DNA from: Phoronis australis
Lineage: Eukaryota; Animalia; Phoronida
Length of the DNA stretch: 64,000 bases
Direction: 5' to 3'
Assembly: GCA_002633005.1 (NCBI GenBank)
Contig: NMRA01000043.1
Span: 961,588-1,025,587, forward strand
Of this stretch, positions 51,001-63,549 are shown one piece after another. A program made the position numbers and the translations under genes. The notes below the pieces were generated by a model. That model was not told where the DNA came from, did not search any database, and saw only the letters and a list, made by a program, of their open reading frames with translations. Each line of letters opens with the position of its first letter. The stretch's first letter is position 1.

Positions 51001-52922
51001 TTATATTTTGGTTTACACGAAACCAATGTGACTGGAAAAGGTGTTATTCATACAGTTCTATTTTTTCATGACTGGATTCAGAAAGTTAGGAACAGGAAAG
51101 TTTACATAGTGAATTTCTTCCCACCTTACATGAGCTGATGTTTGTATTACCAGGTGGTTACAGGAAGTCATGACTGTACAGTGAGGCTTTGGGACCTGGC
51201 TGCTGGCAAAACAAGAGCAACACTAACAAACCACAAGAAAAGTGTCCGAGGCCTGGCGTTACACCCGACACAGTTAGTACACAGTGATATTGTGCTCTAG
51301 CACAGTTCACTTTAGATGGCAATACATCTTTAATGCATTGCATGATTTTGATGATTGGTGTAGATTTCACCAACTGCTGCTTTGTTACATACAACCAATA
51401 TGACTGGGTTTATAAAACCGGTATGACTTGGTTTATGCAACCAATATGACTGGGTTTATACAACCAGTATTACTTGGTTTATACAACCAGTATGACTGGG
51501 TTTATGCAACCAGTATGACTTGGTTTATGCAACCAGTATACCTAGGTTTATACATCCAGTATAACTGGGTTTATACAACTAGTATGACTGATTTTTTACG
51601 GTTAGTATGTCTGGGTTTATACAACCAGTACATCTGGTATCAAACAAGGAATTGAAAATATGTCTTGTGGAAGCTGACGTGTTTTATTATTCCAAATCTG
51701 AATAGACGTTTGTAGCCATATCCTGTTTATGAAATGAACTTTGAACCCATTGTTTCTATACCAGTGTTGTGTTTATCTTGGCACACTACCGACTGTGTGT
51801 AAAGGAGTTGTATAGTCAAACCATGGGTAACCAACACTATGTCTTTCTGTCTGACATATTTATGTTTTTTCAGATTCACATTTGCATCAGCGTCGCCTGA
51901 TAACATAAAGCAGTGGAAGTTCCCAGATGGAAATTTTATACAGAACCTATCTGGTCACAATGCAATTGTCAACTGTCTGGCACTCAACTCTGATGGAGTG
52001 TTAATTTCTGGTGGTATGTACGATATGTAACATACTTATATAAGTGTGTGTAATTTTGAACTCTGGTGGGGGTGTTAGTGTCTGGAGGTATGTCTTGTGT
52101 TGAACTCCGATGTCGGTGTTTCTTTCTGGAGGTATTTGTAGTGTTGAACTCTAGTGAGGGTGTTAGTTTCTGTTAGTTATACTAGTATAACATTTGCTTC
52201 AGTGTCTGTTGTTAAATCTGTCTCCAGGCGACAACGGCACTATGTTCTTCTGGGACTGGAGGTCAGGATACAACTTTCAGCGTATGCAGGCTGCAGTGCA
52301 GCCAGGCTCTATAGACTCAGAGGCCGGTATATTTGCCATGGAGTTTGACAAGAGTGGTAGTCGACTGATCACTGCTGAAGCAGATAAAACTATCAAGATC
52401 TACAAAGAGGATGACTCAGCGGTAGGTTACATATAATGTTTGAGTTTAAACTCAGCTATTGATCAGTTAGTTTTACAACTTCTGCCCAACTTCCAAAGCA
52501 ATATCCATTTTTTCTCAGTCATCAAATCAGCACATGGCTTTTATCTGAGCAAATTGATTAGTGCACTGAACCTTGCAGATTCATATCTTGATTAACTAGC
52601 TCATCACTTGACCATTTGCACGGTAAGAGCAAAGGGTTTTTAGAAATTTTTGTGTTTCTTGCTATTTTGAAATTTTGAAATAGAATTTGTACACAGAATT
52701 TGCAAATTTACAAAACTGGAAGAAAACATTATTTTGGTATTGCTAAAATGCATTTCTCTGGAAAATGAAAAACTAGGGTCTCAGCACTTACTGGGTACTA
52801 CAACACCTCCGTGGTCCACCCTTAAGTTGTACCCCTATACAGAATTGTGTATTTATTTACAGACTGAGGAGACCCACCCCCTCAACTGGAGACCAGACAT
52901 TTTGCGTAAGAAGAAATACTAA
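39076..52922 (+). CDS. PLRG1: Pleiotropic regulator 1 (Prp46, WD40 subunit of the Prp19/NTC spliceosome complex), 13 coding exons, ~479 aa
   Basis: Exons: 39076-39081 (ATG GAG, least certain), 41871-41977, 44564-44700, 45019-45127, 45411-45444, 46228-46416, 46679-46828, 47890-47991, 48764-48856, 51154-51272, 51874-52013, 52228-52421, 52863-52922; total 1440 nt in frame. Motifs: [62 protein letters not shown] repeats, [11 protein letters not shown]. Confidence 0.96.
39186..39373. mobile_element. Left end of a hAT-like element, truncated at a single N
   Basis: Starts CAGGGCTCGAC with repeated subterminal GGTCGCA motifs; N at 39374. Confidence 0.5.
39801..40746. mobile_element. Tc1/mariner (pogo/Tigger-like) non-autonomous element, TA-flanked
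   Basis: TA|TAGTGGACCCTGATTCAGAGAACCAG ... CTGGTTCTCTAAATCAGGGATTGCTA|TA, with an inner inverted pair ACCTAATTATCGGACG / CGTCCAATAATTAGGT. Confidence 0.6.
42504..43044 (+). mobile_element. PIF/Harbinger internal-deletion element retaining the transposase N-terminus
   Basis: CTG TSD; TIRs AAGCGTGTTCAACAGAGTGAGCGCCCG / CGGGCGCTCACTCTATTGAACACGCTT; remnant [32 protein letters not shown] (Harbinger-type F..FRMSR.TF) at ~42752-42847. Confidence 0.85.
49287..50445 (+). mobile_element. piggyBac internal-deletion derivative
   Basis: TTAA|CCCTTATCCTGC ... GCAGGATAAGGG|TTAA. Acidic N-terminal remnant ([21 protein letters not shown]...) and a C-terminal PCFKFLHT remnant in another frame; no DDD core. 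Confidence 0.9.
51390..51630. repeat. 23-bp minisatellite, ~10 copies, in PLRG1 intron 10
   Basis: Unit TACAACCAGTATGACTGGGTTTA. Confidence 0.9.
52056..52175. repeat. Three degenerate tandem copies of the 3' end and donor of PLRG1 exon 11
   Basis: AACTCTGATGGAGTGTTAATTTCTGGTG|GTATGT is echoed as AACTCTGGTGGGGGTGTTAGTGTCTGGAG|GTATGT, AACTCCGATGTCGGTGTTTCTTTCTGGAG|GTATTT and AACTCTAGTGAGGGTGTTAGTTTCTG. Confidence 0.8.
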
Positions 52923-53027
52923 ACACTTGTGAGCACTTGATATGACTATAGGAAGCAGATTAGAAGTACATGCTGGGCTATCACACAAGCCAGCCTCTTC
53001 ATGTCGACTTGAGCCTGGTCTGATTGT

Positions 53028-53042
53028 ACCACCAGAGGGCGC
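53028..53042 (+). promoter_or_regulatory. CTCF-consensus motif in the PLRG1 3' UTR
   Basis: ACCACCAGAGGGCGC matches the CTCF core CCASYAGRKGGCRS. Confidence 0.55.
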
Positions 53043-53074
53043 TGTCACTTGAGGACCAATTGTTAAATGTGTAA

Positions 53075-53110
53075 AATAAAGTTTGATACTGAATACCAGT
53101 TGTAAATAAA
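53075..53110 (+). terminator. PLRG1 polyadenylation signals
   Basis: AATAAA at 53075 and 53105, followed by T-rich sequence. Confidence 0.6.
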
Positions 53111-53443
53111 GCTCATTTGATTTTTTACTCTTTTATTCCGTTGGCCAGCATGGGATGGCTTTATCAAACTACAAAACATTTATATTGTCAGTTAACAAAG
53201 GAAATGAATATACATCATTCCAACTACACAGCCCAGTTGCCTTGTGAAAAATAATACGAATTTGAAACCAAAGCATTAAGCCTCAATTTTTGTGTGGAAG
53301 GATGTTTGTGTGGTTTTCTTACTATATGATCTGCAATTTGGCGCTTCGGATTATATGCAGTTCACTGGCCTTTTTCCAAGATTTTTTATTCAAATGTCCT
53401 GCACGTGGGTGCATGCGCCTATGTTCCGCAATTAGGTGTAGGA

Positions 53444-53803
53444 GGTGCTCCGGTTATAGGGGCACCTTGAATGATTTTGAAAAATTTCCTAAATAAATTT
53501 TATTTCAGTATGTGAGGTTAGTGGCTCTGGTTTATTACAGGAACACTTAATTCTGAGTACACATTTTTTAAAACTCATTACAAGCTTTATTTTCAAGCGC
53601 AACTTGCGAATAAAATAACTGTTCATTTCATCTAAAAATATACTTAACTATGTCAATGTTTTGAGTGCAATCGAGTCGTGATTGTTCAACCTGACTGTCT
53701 ATTACGGTGGCGTTGGCTTTCACGTCAGTCCATAGACATTATTTTCATGCAAGCGAGGAGTGGTTATTTTAAACATTGAAGGTGCGCCTATATCCAGAGC
53801 ACC
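53444..53803. mobile_element. MITE-like inverted-repeat element
   Basis: GGTGCTCCGGTTATAGGGGCACCTT versus the reverse complement of AAGGTGCGCCTATATCCAGAGCACC. Confidence 0.55.
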
Positions 53804-54094
53804 ATAATCAACGCAAGTTCTATCAAATGTGTGGCATATAGGCCAGTGGCGGATCTAGGATATCTCGAGGGGGGCCCAACATTTTGTCTAAACATTTGCT
53901 CAAAGAACGATTTTAGATGTGCATAGCACCGAATGGGGGGCGGTCGGGAGGGGGTTTGCCCCCCTTCCGGCCAGGAAATTTTTCTGTTTTTTCCTCTAAA
54001 ATCGAGCATTTTCCTTGATTCCCGAAGTATCATCCAAGAAAAAAGGCAAAAAAAAAAAAAACGGAGAAAGTGTCAAACAGGAAAAACTGCATGC

Positions 54095-54160
54095 GCTACA
54101 GACGCGAACTCCCGACCTGGCGAATAGCGCGCGCGTGCTTTACCACTGCACCACCACGAC
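54095..54160 (-). mobile_element. tRNA-derived repeat remnant within a larger interspersed repeat starting CAGTGGCGGATCTAGG at 53844
   Basis: Minus strand TGGTGCAGTGGTAAAGCAC...GGTCGGGAGTTCGCGTC. Confidence 0.4.
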
Positions 54161-56354
54161 TGATTTGCTACTAAGAGACCTACTTGTTTATGGTCCACAG
54201 CGTTTGCGCGCGAAACCTTCTTTTTGTAATGCTTATTACATGTTTTATATTTTGTGCAATCAGTTCGTAACAAATTTGTTGTTTTTAAAATAGTCTTCAA
54301 TTGTCCAAAAAAACAAATCCGTTTTTTGTGTTGGCAATAATGACGCGATTGCTTTGGAAATCGTCTTAGTTAAGGTTTGACAAAGAGAGAATTATGAGTT
54401 TTCGAGTGATTCACTAAGGCTCCGATTAAAATTGACATCTTACCAGCAGCTTCTGTTTTTTCATCATCACTCAGATTTCATTTTCTTTAAAAAATGAAGT
54501 AGGCCTAATTTTCTTCATTGCACAGTGGAGCAGACGACGAAAACGGAGTCGTAGTGGCCAACGCCACTGCCGGTCGCCTGAGATATCGCGGGAGAGCCTA
54601 TACTTAGCCATAGTTCCGTTACGATTGCGCTGTGTTCCGAATTTGACACTTGAAATTGGATCTAAGCCCCCCCCCCAAACATTGAAACTGCGCACATTTA
54701 AATCTTGTTTCAGTCGTATAATTTTAATTTCCGGGGTTAATTAGTAAATTCAACATTTCCCTACGCTCTTGCTGTTTTATTTTTTTTTGCGGCAGCCAAG
54801 GTGCACATTATAAGTTAAAATGTAAATCGCATTTCTTAAATATATCATAAAATAAGAAGGTGTATATTTGAAGAATATTCTCACATAGATCTGACTTTGG
54901 TTGTCAAAGTATCAAGACAAGGCGTAGGAAACACGCTGACCAGAATCGAATGACAATTGAATTTAAAAACAATTAATCGGTCTATGGCACTCAACTTGCA
55001 TAAATCTGTAAGCAATAAAAATTTGCTCAACGCCGGAGAAAAAAACTAGGTAGCAAATAAAAACCGCAAAACTAGCAAAATATATCATTCAAGATGTTTA
55101 CTTATGCATATCATCTTAAGAAATAGTCAAGACAAAAAGTAGAATCCACAATATTACAGTGTACAGGTTCAAAACGGTGAAAGGTTAGGCAACGTGATCC
55201 AAAAATTGATTTTGATGTTGCGTACTTGACTCAGTGGAATATGAATATATAGTGTGACTCGAGGCTGCAGTTTTGATATTATTGTACAAAGAATTACATA
55301 AAGTATTATGAAAATTGGGGTTAGTTAAGCATTGGCAATTCAACAGCCTTTCAGGTAGACGTAGACGACTTTTTAATCAAGTATGCTGATAATACACGCG
55401 ACTTCGTTTAATTATGGGACAATTGTTCAAGTACCAGTAAAAGTGAACATTTGTGTATACAGGAAACTAACTGAGGAGTCAATAGTAAATAGTAGAGATG
55501 CACTACAATTCCCGCAATAATACTGTGTAGCCATAACCGAATTCATTGCAAGTTGCGAGTAAATCTGTGCTAACGTACAGCAAAATAAAGCAGTCGCCTA
55601 AATATCTGATTCGCAAGATATTCAGTGTACGGAGATGTTGGAGCCAGTCCTCATACCCAGTGTTGTTATATCTGCAATGTCTGCAAAGAAACAAACATGT
55701 GAACATCTACAGGAAATGACTTTCTTGAAGTGAAATGTAAACTAGCTTAAAACTAGAATAAAATGCACGTTCCAGGGCCACTCAATTAAATAAAGACCCA
55801 GCGGCACTGTTGGTCAAGCTGAATTTGCATATGTTAACTTGAAAGAATCAAGTTAGTAGTGATTAATATTCCTGTTGAAGAACTCGTGAACTCCATGCGG
55901 CCCACATAGTTCTATTACGTGTAATTTAATTGGGAACATTAATTTTGTGAATTAAAATTCTAAACCAAATGATTCCACCTCAATATATGAACCAAAAAAA
56001 TGGTTTTCAAAGATGACGCAACACGGGGCTTATAACTGTTAAAGGTTTAGAAATTGGAAATTCAGCATTCAGAAAGGTCCCACTAAGTGCAAACGCATGT
56101 CGATCATATTCGCTTTAAAGCAATTTCAGGATTCTTAGAAAAGGCGGCTAAACATCAGTTCAAATCTTGGACTGTCAGGGTCCGGACCTCAAATTAATGA
56201 AGTAGTACTACTTAGTCATGTCCATAGCACTAATCACGTGGTACAATCACTGAGATCACAATAGCGCGCTTATCTAAACAGGAATTTAACATAAATTTCT
56301 TGGAAAAATATGTTCGCAAACAACTTAGCCTCCATTTCAGTAAGAACGTCGAAC

Positions 56355-59300
56355 ATGGGTGCTGTATATTATCTGACCCAAGACGTGCAGTGTCTGTTTC
56401 AAGATAAGTTTGTTGTTTTCATCGGGGACTCGAGTAAGTAACAGCTGACTGATTTGAACGTGTGGATCACTCACAATATGTAGTGAGGTGTCACTGCCGC
56501 GTGGATCACTCACAATATGTAGTGAGGTGTCAATGCCCGGTGTGGATCACTCACAATACGTAGTGAGGTGTCAATGCCCGGTGTGGATCACTCACAATAT
56601 GTAGTGAGGTGTCAATGCCCGGTGTGGATCACTCACAATATGCAGTGGGGTGTCACTGCGGTGTATAGATTATTCATGCACCATGCATGGGCTAAAAGTG
56701 TAACAAACTGTCAGTTCTAGCAAGCTCAGAAATCATTTCTGGACAAGTTGAAACCAATTAATTTTAAAGCGGTAAATGGCCTAATTCAAAAGTTTCTTAC
56801 AGTGAATGCAAGTTAATTAGCAGCCTTGTCTTCAATAAAAGTTACCCGAACACAGCGTTATATCGGCCGATGTTATTATATACATCAGTTTAAGATGGTA
56901 GTAAAAGTCACAAGGTCAGGACTCTGGCACTCTTCACTTGCACGTATTTAAATTCTTTTACAAATCATTTATTTTCCAACCCAGAAACACAATTTTTCGC
57001 AAACAACCTTGATACATAGAATGTGACTTTCGCTTAAGGCAACTCTTTTCACTCACTGGCAGCCGATAGGCACATATAGTTTGACATGATTGGGGTCCAG
57101 CGAGAGAGGCGTGACCTGAAGTAGTCCGCGTGGTCGAACTTCTGGATTCAATCCAGGAACCTGGTTCTTTTCAATTGACTATTGCACGTGTTCACATTAG
57201 GAAACTGACTCTTATTGCCGGCTTCACTCAATAACCAGCATGAGAGGGTTACTTTCCAGCAGAACATGATTCTGGGTCACAACTGTGTATCACTGTGTTG
57301 TTACAACAATTTGGTATTTGTAATAGCTACAAGAAATAACTTTTGGTTTACACCATTGCCGTTATGAAATTATTCTCATACTCCAACTCATTAAAATTAG
57401 AGGTGATATCAGGGACTCGAATGAGCCGACAGTTCCTTCATTTGATTGAAGACCAGGCTCTGTACAAGTTGGCTTGTTATCATGGAAGCGTACCATTTTA
57501 TGAGCCAAGCACTATGTCAAAGAATAATCTCTTGTCAGTCTTGTGCAAACCCAGAAATTCTTTCAGATCCGAGTAAGGAACAGTTTGACACGTAGGTCAT
57601 TTAGCGCCATTAAATAGTGCTAAATCATGTACAGTGTATCGTAACTTCGATTCTCGGACTAACAGCGGTTTGGAACCGCTTTAAGTAAGTACAGTCTGTT
57701 ATTAAAATAACACGTTCGTAATTGTAACTTGGTATTTATGTTCCAATGTACGAAGAACTTCATCTATTTAGGACACAATATGATAGACGAAGAAGGATTT
57801 TTTCACGAAAGATAGGTTGCACCAAATAAACTGCTTAACATAACCATCATCAGACAATGTTTCAAGAAACTATGGGCATTCACAAATGTTAAAAGAATTT
57901 GGAAAATGACCAATTTTGGTAATATTTTTCGGAAATTAGTGAGATTTTTATGATAAGCACGTCATTTCCACTTTTTTCCAGCCCAACGTTCCATTTATAA
58001 AGATTTGGTTCAGTTGCTTCAACACCACGGATACATTGACGAAAGATTACTTAAACTAAAGGTACGTACAAGTAGGATGAAACCTTAAACAAATTCTAAA
58101 CCTGAGCAACTGTTTAGAAAATGGCAACAGATCAACATGTTCCTTGTTTATCAACATGTCACTTGTCTTTCAACCGACCGGTCTTCCTGTATTTTGAGCA
58201 AAAAAAAACAGTTAAATAAACCTTGTAAATGGGTGTCAAAAATTCCTTAATCCCTATTCCCTAATCCAAGAAAGTCACTTGTAAAAGTTCAGGCTGTGTG
58301 GTGAGTGCCCAACAGGTAAGACAAGTATTGGGAAATGCTACGGTATCGTGCAATGACATAAATAACGTTCTTCCCTCTGAACATGTTCTTATTAACCTTT
58401 TTCTGTCAAGACCACTTTCACGTTATTTAGCAAATCACGTGACTTTTAAAACTTCATTTCAGGGAGAACAAGAGTGTAATGGCGATAAGCTGCTTGAGGG
58501 AGGTGTAAATGATGAAATGTCCAACAAAACCAGCTACAAAGAAGTCAGAGAGTACAAATCGTCTGACTGTAGATACTTGATACAATTCTACTTTACCACT
58601 CGATGTTACAACGACTACGTGGAGTCTATCATACAGAGATTGTCAGAAGGCCGTAATCCTGACCTCCTAATCATTAACTCTTGCCTGTGGGATATAACAC
58701 GGTGAGAAAGCTATCAGTCACTAAAACCACTAAGTTTTGTAAGGTTCATTCGCCTACTTGTGGACCCGTGCATACAGTATATTCGGATATATTCAAAACA
58801 TTTGAGCAAAATCATGGAGTGGAGTTAGTATGACTTCCCTTTTGCAAAACATTAGATAATGATATGCGTTCAGCTGGGGAGGGGGGGGGGGGGGAGANGG
58901 GGGGGAGAGCCCCCACTTGTATTTCAGTGTAGGGCCGCTTATGGGCATGGTCGGTGCGCACCATAGGGGGCTGGAGGGCTATAGCCCCCACTTATTTCAG
59001 TGCTGCGCTGCCCAAGTGATGCTCTCTACCAAACCTGTAATTGTTTTGAAATATATTCTATCACTTTACATTTTAGGTATGGTAAAAACAGCTGCAAAGA
59101 CTACGTTAAAAATATCAAAAAGCTTTGCTATGAGCTACACAAAAAATTCCAAAGGCAAAGAACCACTATCGTGTGGAGAACATGTCTTCCTTTGGGAAAA
59201 AATCCTTATGGCAAAGTCATGGGAGTGTACTATCCACTAAACAGTGAAGTAACTAATCATAATATAATGGAAGCTAATAAAGTTGCCGCAATGTATTTTG

Positions 59301-59563
59301 AAAATCATAATTTTTCGGTTGTTTACATGGATATGTATTTGTGCTACTCAACAGAACACCTGATGCCAGACAAGGTTCACTGGAATGCAGTGGCCCACCG
59401 TCACATGATCAATATTCTTTTAACACATATAGCACGTATATGGGGACGTCCAGTTCCAGTCAATATTTTACCACCATATCCGAATACTAAGTACACCCAT
59501 TTTCCAATTGTCTTTGATCATTCTGGTTATCCAAGAGCTTATTTAACTTATCCATTGTTATAA
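56355..59563 (+). CDS. PCED1A: PC-esterase domain-containing protein 1 (PCED1A/B, FAM113-like; SGNH/GDSL-type esterase), 4 exons, ~294 aa
   Basis: Exons 56355-56433, 57982-58061, 58463-58701, 59077-59563; total 885 nt in frame. KFVVFIGDSTQRSIYKDLV (GDS nucleophile), YKEVREY, FYFTTR, PDLLIINSCLWDITRYG, DKVHWNAVAHR (DxxH dyad). The A versus B paralog label is not meaningful outside vertebrates. Confidence 0.9.
56459..56665. repeat. ~41-bp minisatellite, 5 copies, directly after PCED1 exon 1
   Basis: Unit GTGTGGATCACTCACAATATGTAGTGAGGTGTCAATGCCCG. Confidence 0.93.
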
Positions 59564-59871
59564 ATAACTAATGTTTCACTAGACGTGTAGAAAAAATTTA
59601 TAATGTCATCACGTTTTTGAGAAATTTAATTTGTCGATTAATAAATTGAAATTACAATCTATCAGATTTATTTTTGAATTTTAGAAAAATGTGGGTATGG
59701 GTCAATTGACCAGCAGGCCCTCAAATCTACTGGTCAATTTGGAGGTCAGGTATGTTTTCTATCCTTTGTGGGTTCAATTTTCTTGAGAGGGGTGGGGGCG
59801 GCATTTTCAAGTGTATGATTAAAATGGAAATGTTTAACTATACATCTCAGACCCACACGCAAATATATATT

Positions 59872-60095
59872 TGCCCCAGTAACGGAGACGTATATGACCA
59901 GGCTATTTTCAGCCACTTATGTGCCACTGGACGTGATTTTGATACTGATGATGTCACTATCCTATACTGTGAGCAAGATTGGTTCAGAAGGGGTGTCAAC
60001 GAAGCTCTGTACGAGCGCATCGAGCGCCCCTCTGTGAATAAACAAGGTGGGTTAAGGTTCCAAGTGTCACACACATGGGATAGTGTCCTGGGCCG
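59872..60095 (+). mobile_element. Penelope-like retroelement fragment (C-terminal part of the GIY-YIG endonuclease)
   Basis: AIFSHLCATGRDFDTDDVTILYCEQDWFRRGVNEALYERIERPSVNKQGGLRFQVSHTWDSVL fits the PLE tail pattern (H...H.F....IL..E..WF.RGVKEA......PSLN..GGLR..LS..Y..VL). Confidence 0.8.
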
Positions 60096-60993
60096 TTCAA
60101 AGAAAATTGACTTACCTAAGAGAAATCTTATGTTGCAGCCAATTTTAAGAAAAAAAAATTGAATTTGTCTCAAGTCCGTTTCAAGAAAGAGATCTTAAGT
60201 TTAATTTTGACTAACTTACCGGATGTGGAATTTTCAAAATCAGGAAGCTGAGACAAATCTTAGACTTAAGTAAAAATGAACTTAATTAAGTCAGTTTCTT
60301 GGAACGTGCCTTTGACCTCGATGCCACGTCGTCTGGTTAAATCGGCAACTATTGGCCAGAACGCTAGTAGCACCACTAGCCAAACCGAAAGTCCGTGAGA
60401 GACAGACGCAACATAAGCAAGTTCCAGCAGTTGCAGTGCGTCAATTAAAAAAAAAAAAAAAATTATGCGCCGATGATGCGAGACACGCTCCTAAAATTAT
60501 CCCTGATTTGTGTCTGTTTATTTCGGGCCTAGTTTTCATATAAAAGCGTTGGTGGGTTTTCCACCGACCATGTTGTTCTGGATCAGTAGACAAATACAAT
60601 TACAAGAACATCTTGTTGATGAGATTATCCACTTCTACACCACACAAAACTAATGACTGTTTTCTGTATCGCATAAAATGTAATTACTTTCGTGTAATGC
60701 TGAAGTTAAGCATTGTTTGGTCAAGAAACTTTTAATAATTATGGTTTGCTAGATTCGAATAAATTTTAAACCTTTGATAACAGATATCATACCCTCTGTC
60801 AACTTTCATTCACTCAGCAGTCAAGAATACTTTGCAAGCACTCTTACTGAATGGACACATGCTAGGCCTAATGCAAATGTTATTGGCACTGATAGCGTGA
60901 TTTATAATAAAATATCAACTCAAACTTGGAAAGTACGTTGAAAGTACCGCGACGGTGATTTTAGAGCTGATGTCATAATTTCTACTTCATCTG

Positions 60994-61394
60994 GGCCCGG
61001 TCTCTAATCTTTGTACTCGAAACGAACACGAAACTATTTTTGGCAATTTCTCTGCTCCTTTTGTGCGAACTTAAGATAATTGGTTATCAAACTGTGCTCG
61101 AATACATTATAGATTATGCATAGGAGTTTCTAGTTCAAGTTTGCCCTTGAAGACCCTTATATTCGTGCTACAAACGCGAGTAAAAACTTGAAATTTCGAG
61201 TTCAAACTCGAACTTATTGCTTTAAAATTGGGTTTACAAACTGTGAACTAAGGGCAATAAATTATCTACGTAAGTTATTGTGTACTCGAGCATAGAATAA
61301 TAGACACTTATCTTGAGTTCGCCCAAAAGTAGAGTAGAAAATGCCAAACCTAATTTCGAGTTCCATTTCGAGTAAAAAGATTGGAGACCGGGCC
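60994..61394. mobile_element. PIF/Harbinger-type MITE
   Basis: CTG TSD; TIRs GGCCCGGTCTCTAATCTTTGTACTCGAAA / TTTCGAGTAAAAAGATTGGAGACCGGGCC. A related partial copy sits near 47542-47650. Confidence 0.85.
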
Positions 61395-62785
61395 CTGAAT
61401 GTACTCGTAACCAAGCCTTCGAAGACCTACAATCGGAACTCACTGAGTGACGTCAGCTTTGCTGCTGCTCATACTCAAGTTTTGTGCCTTTATTACGTTC
61501 AGTTAGGGATATGAGTGTAGGAAGTAAAATTTCCTAGCTTACTTGGAATAGGCCTACAGGACAGGAACGTTCCAGTGGAAGGGGGTGTTGTACATTATCA
61601 ATCCTAATTACACTTGATAACTCCACAGACCAAACAGTGTTCACTGAAAAGATTCACCGTTGCTAACTTGATTGATCCGAGTCATTTAGTTGTCACATCA
61701 CCTAACTCAACAACAGTTTTAAAAAAGTTCCGATCAGGACAGAGGTCTTCATTGGTAATTACTATGTATTTAATATAGGGGCCATTGTTCTTTACCAGGA
61801 ATTTCCGAAGAAAAGCCCTTACCAACGTATGTCCCTATGGGGTTTCCTTTGGATACAAGGGACTCTTTAACTGAGGATGTTTTACATTTTTAGCACAGGA
61901 CAAAGATATAGCATGTCATTATTGTCTCAATTTTGGTCCTCAAAAGGACAGCTAATGTACAAAAAGTTTTCCCGATTGATTATGAACTGAGGAATCACCG
62001 CCGGCAAGTTTTATAGTAGCCCAAGTCAACCAAAGTTGAACATTAAGTAGAATCAATTCACTGGCTCCAAATGTCACTATCACCAAATACGGGGTTGAAT
62101 TTTCTAAATTTCAAGTGCAGCCATTTGCTCTCGCTTACAACACATTGAAAGATGAAAAATACAAGTTTCCGATCGAAAGGGGTTTCGCTCACCCTTTTTT
62201 TCCAAACTAGCCCTCCGCAGGCTTTTTGTGGAAGCAAAATGGACGTTTTCGTTAGAGCCAACAATTTTATTTCTGATGAAAAATGAGAGGGCAACGGCTG
62301 ATATTGATTTTCGTTCGTGTCTGACTCAGTACTGTGGTGTTTCCTGGAGACGAATTTGTTATCTTTGTGTTCGTGGTTAATCTGCTAGTAACTGTTTGCA
62401 GGATTTTTGTGAAATTTGGCATGTGCTTTCCTATGAATGTGACAACATATCGACTACCGGGCTTTAGACGTTCCTGACTGCCACAGGGTCCCATTTTCAG
62501 TTTCAGTTCTTTTATGCTCGCTTCTGTATTTTCGGAGTTCCTTGAGGCCGGGATTTTCATGAAATTCAGTAATACGACAAGGCTTTCTATTGTCGGACAA
62601 AGTTGCCAATGTATTTTGAGCCATCTGATGGCCATTTATACTATTTTGAGTCAGTTTTTTGTATCCGCCTCTATCTGTCAAGCCGCTTGAAGAGTCATTA
62701 TAAAAATTAATGGATTTGTTACTGCTGAGAAGACTACGGCTTATCTTGATTTTGGGACGGATCGGATTACTGTGACACTATTCTA

Positions 62786-62913
62786 GTGCATGGGCGGCGC
62801 ATCATGGGCGGCGCATCATGGGCGGCGCATCATGGGCGGCGCATCATGGGCGGCGCATCATAGGCGGCTGGCTGTACCCTCACTTTTTTCAGTGCTGCGC
62901 CGCCCATGTAGTG
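62786..62913. repeat. 14-bp tandem repeat (CATGGGCGGCGCAT, ~5.5 copies) closed by an inverted copy
   Basis: Tandem array 62789-62868 plus TGCGCCGCCCATG at ~62896-62908. Confidence 0.85.
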
Positions 62914-63549
62914 ACATTTTTTTGCGTTACAAACTGTATCTCCTTGAATCTTGGCAGTATCTTCGTGAAATGTGACAATGATGAATGACCACGACTTATA
63001 GTTTGGATGAATCTGACTACCTCTGACCTCTAGCAGCAATATTAGTTTTTAACGTTGGCCTCTGTATATTTAGATTTCCTTTACGATTTTTCATAAAATC
63101 TGAGAAATGGGTCTTTGTTATCAGTAAAGGAAGCGACTGTCTGTGGATTCGACCACTTGTATACCACCCAGTGATCATTTTCATTCATTTCGAGCCCTGT
63201 TTTTGTAGTCCGCAGCCTGTAAGCCTGTCTCAAACAGCACGGAAGGTTTCTAATGATGAAAATCAGCAGATGTGATCCTACTGACAAGAGTTTCAGATGG
63301 GTGCAACCAATGAGCTTTTTATATTTATCTCATAGGGTGCAACTGCTGTGTTGCCTCCTAGTGGCATTATTTGCAACTACTGCAGCTGTATCTCCTGAAT
63401 CCTTGCTGGGTCTTTGAAAAATTTGGAAGTTTATTCCCATAAAACTTTAGAGCTGGTGTAGACTTCTTTTGGGCAGATTCCACTACCAATGTGCCTCCCA
63501 GTGGCAATATAATTTTTTATGTTAGTTTCTTTATCTTTGGAGTTCCTTG

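Noticed and set aside
61800-62780. Short ORFs (62058-62681) suggesting a gene or transposase
   Set aside because: No recognisable domain, splice pattern or terminal repeats that I can support.
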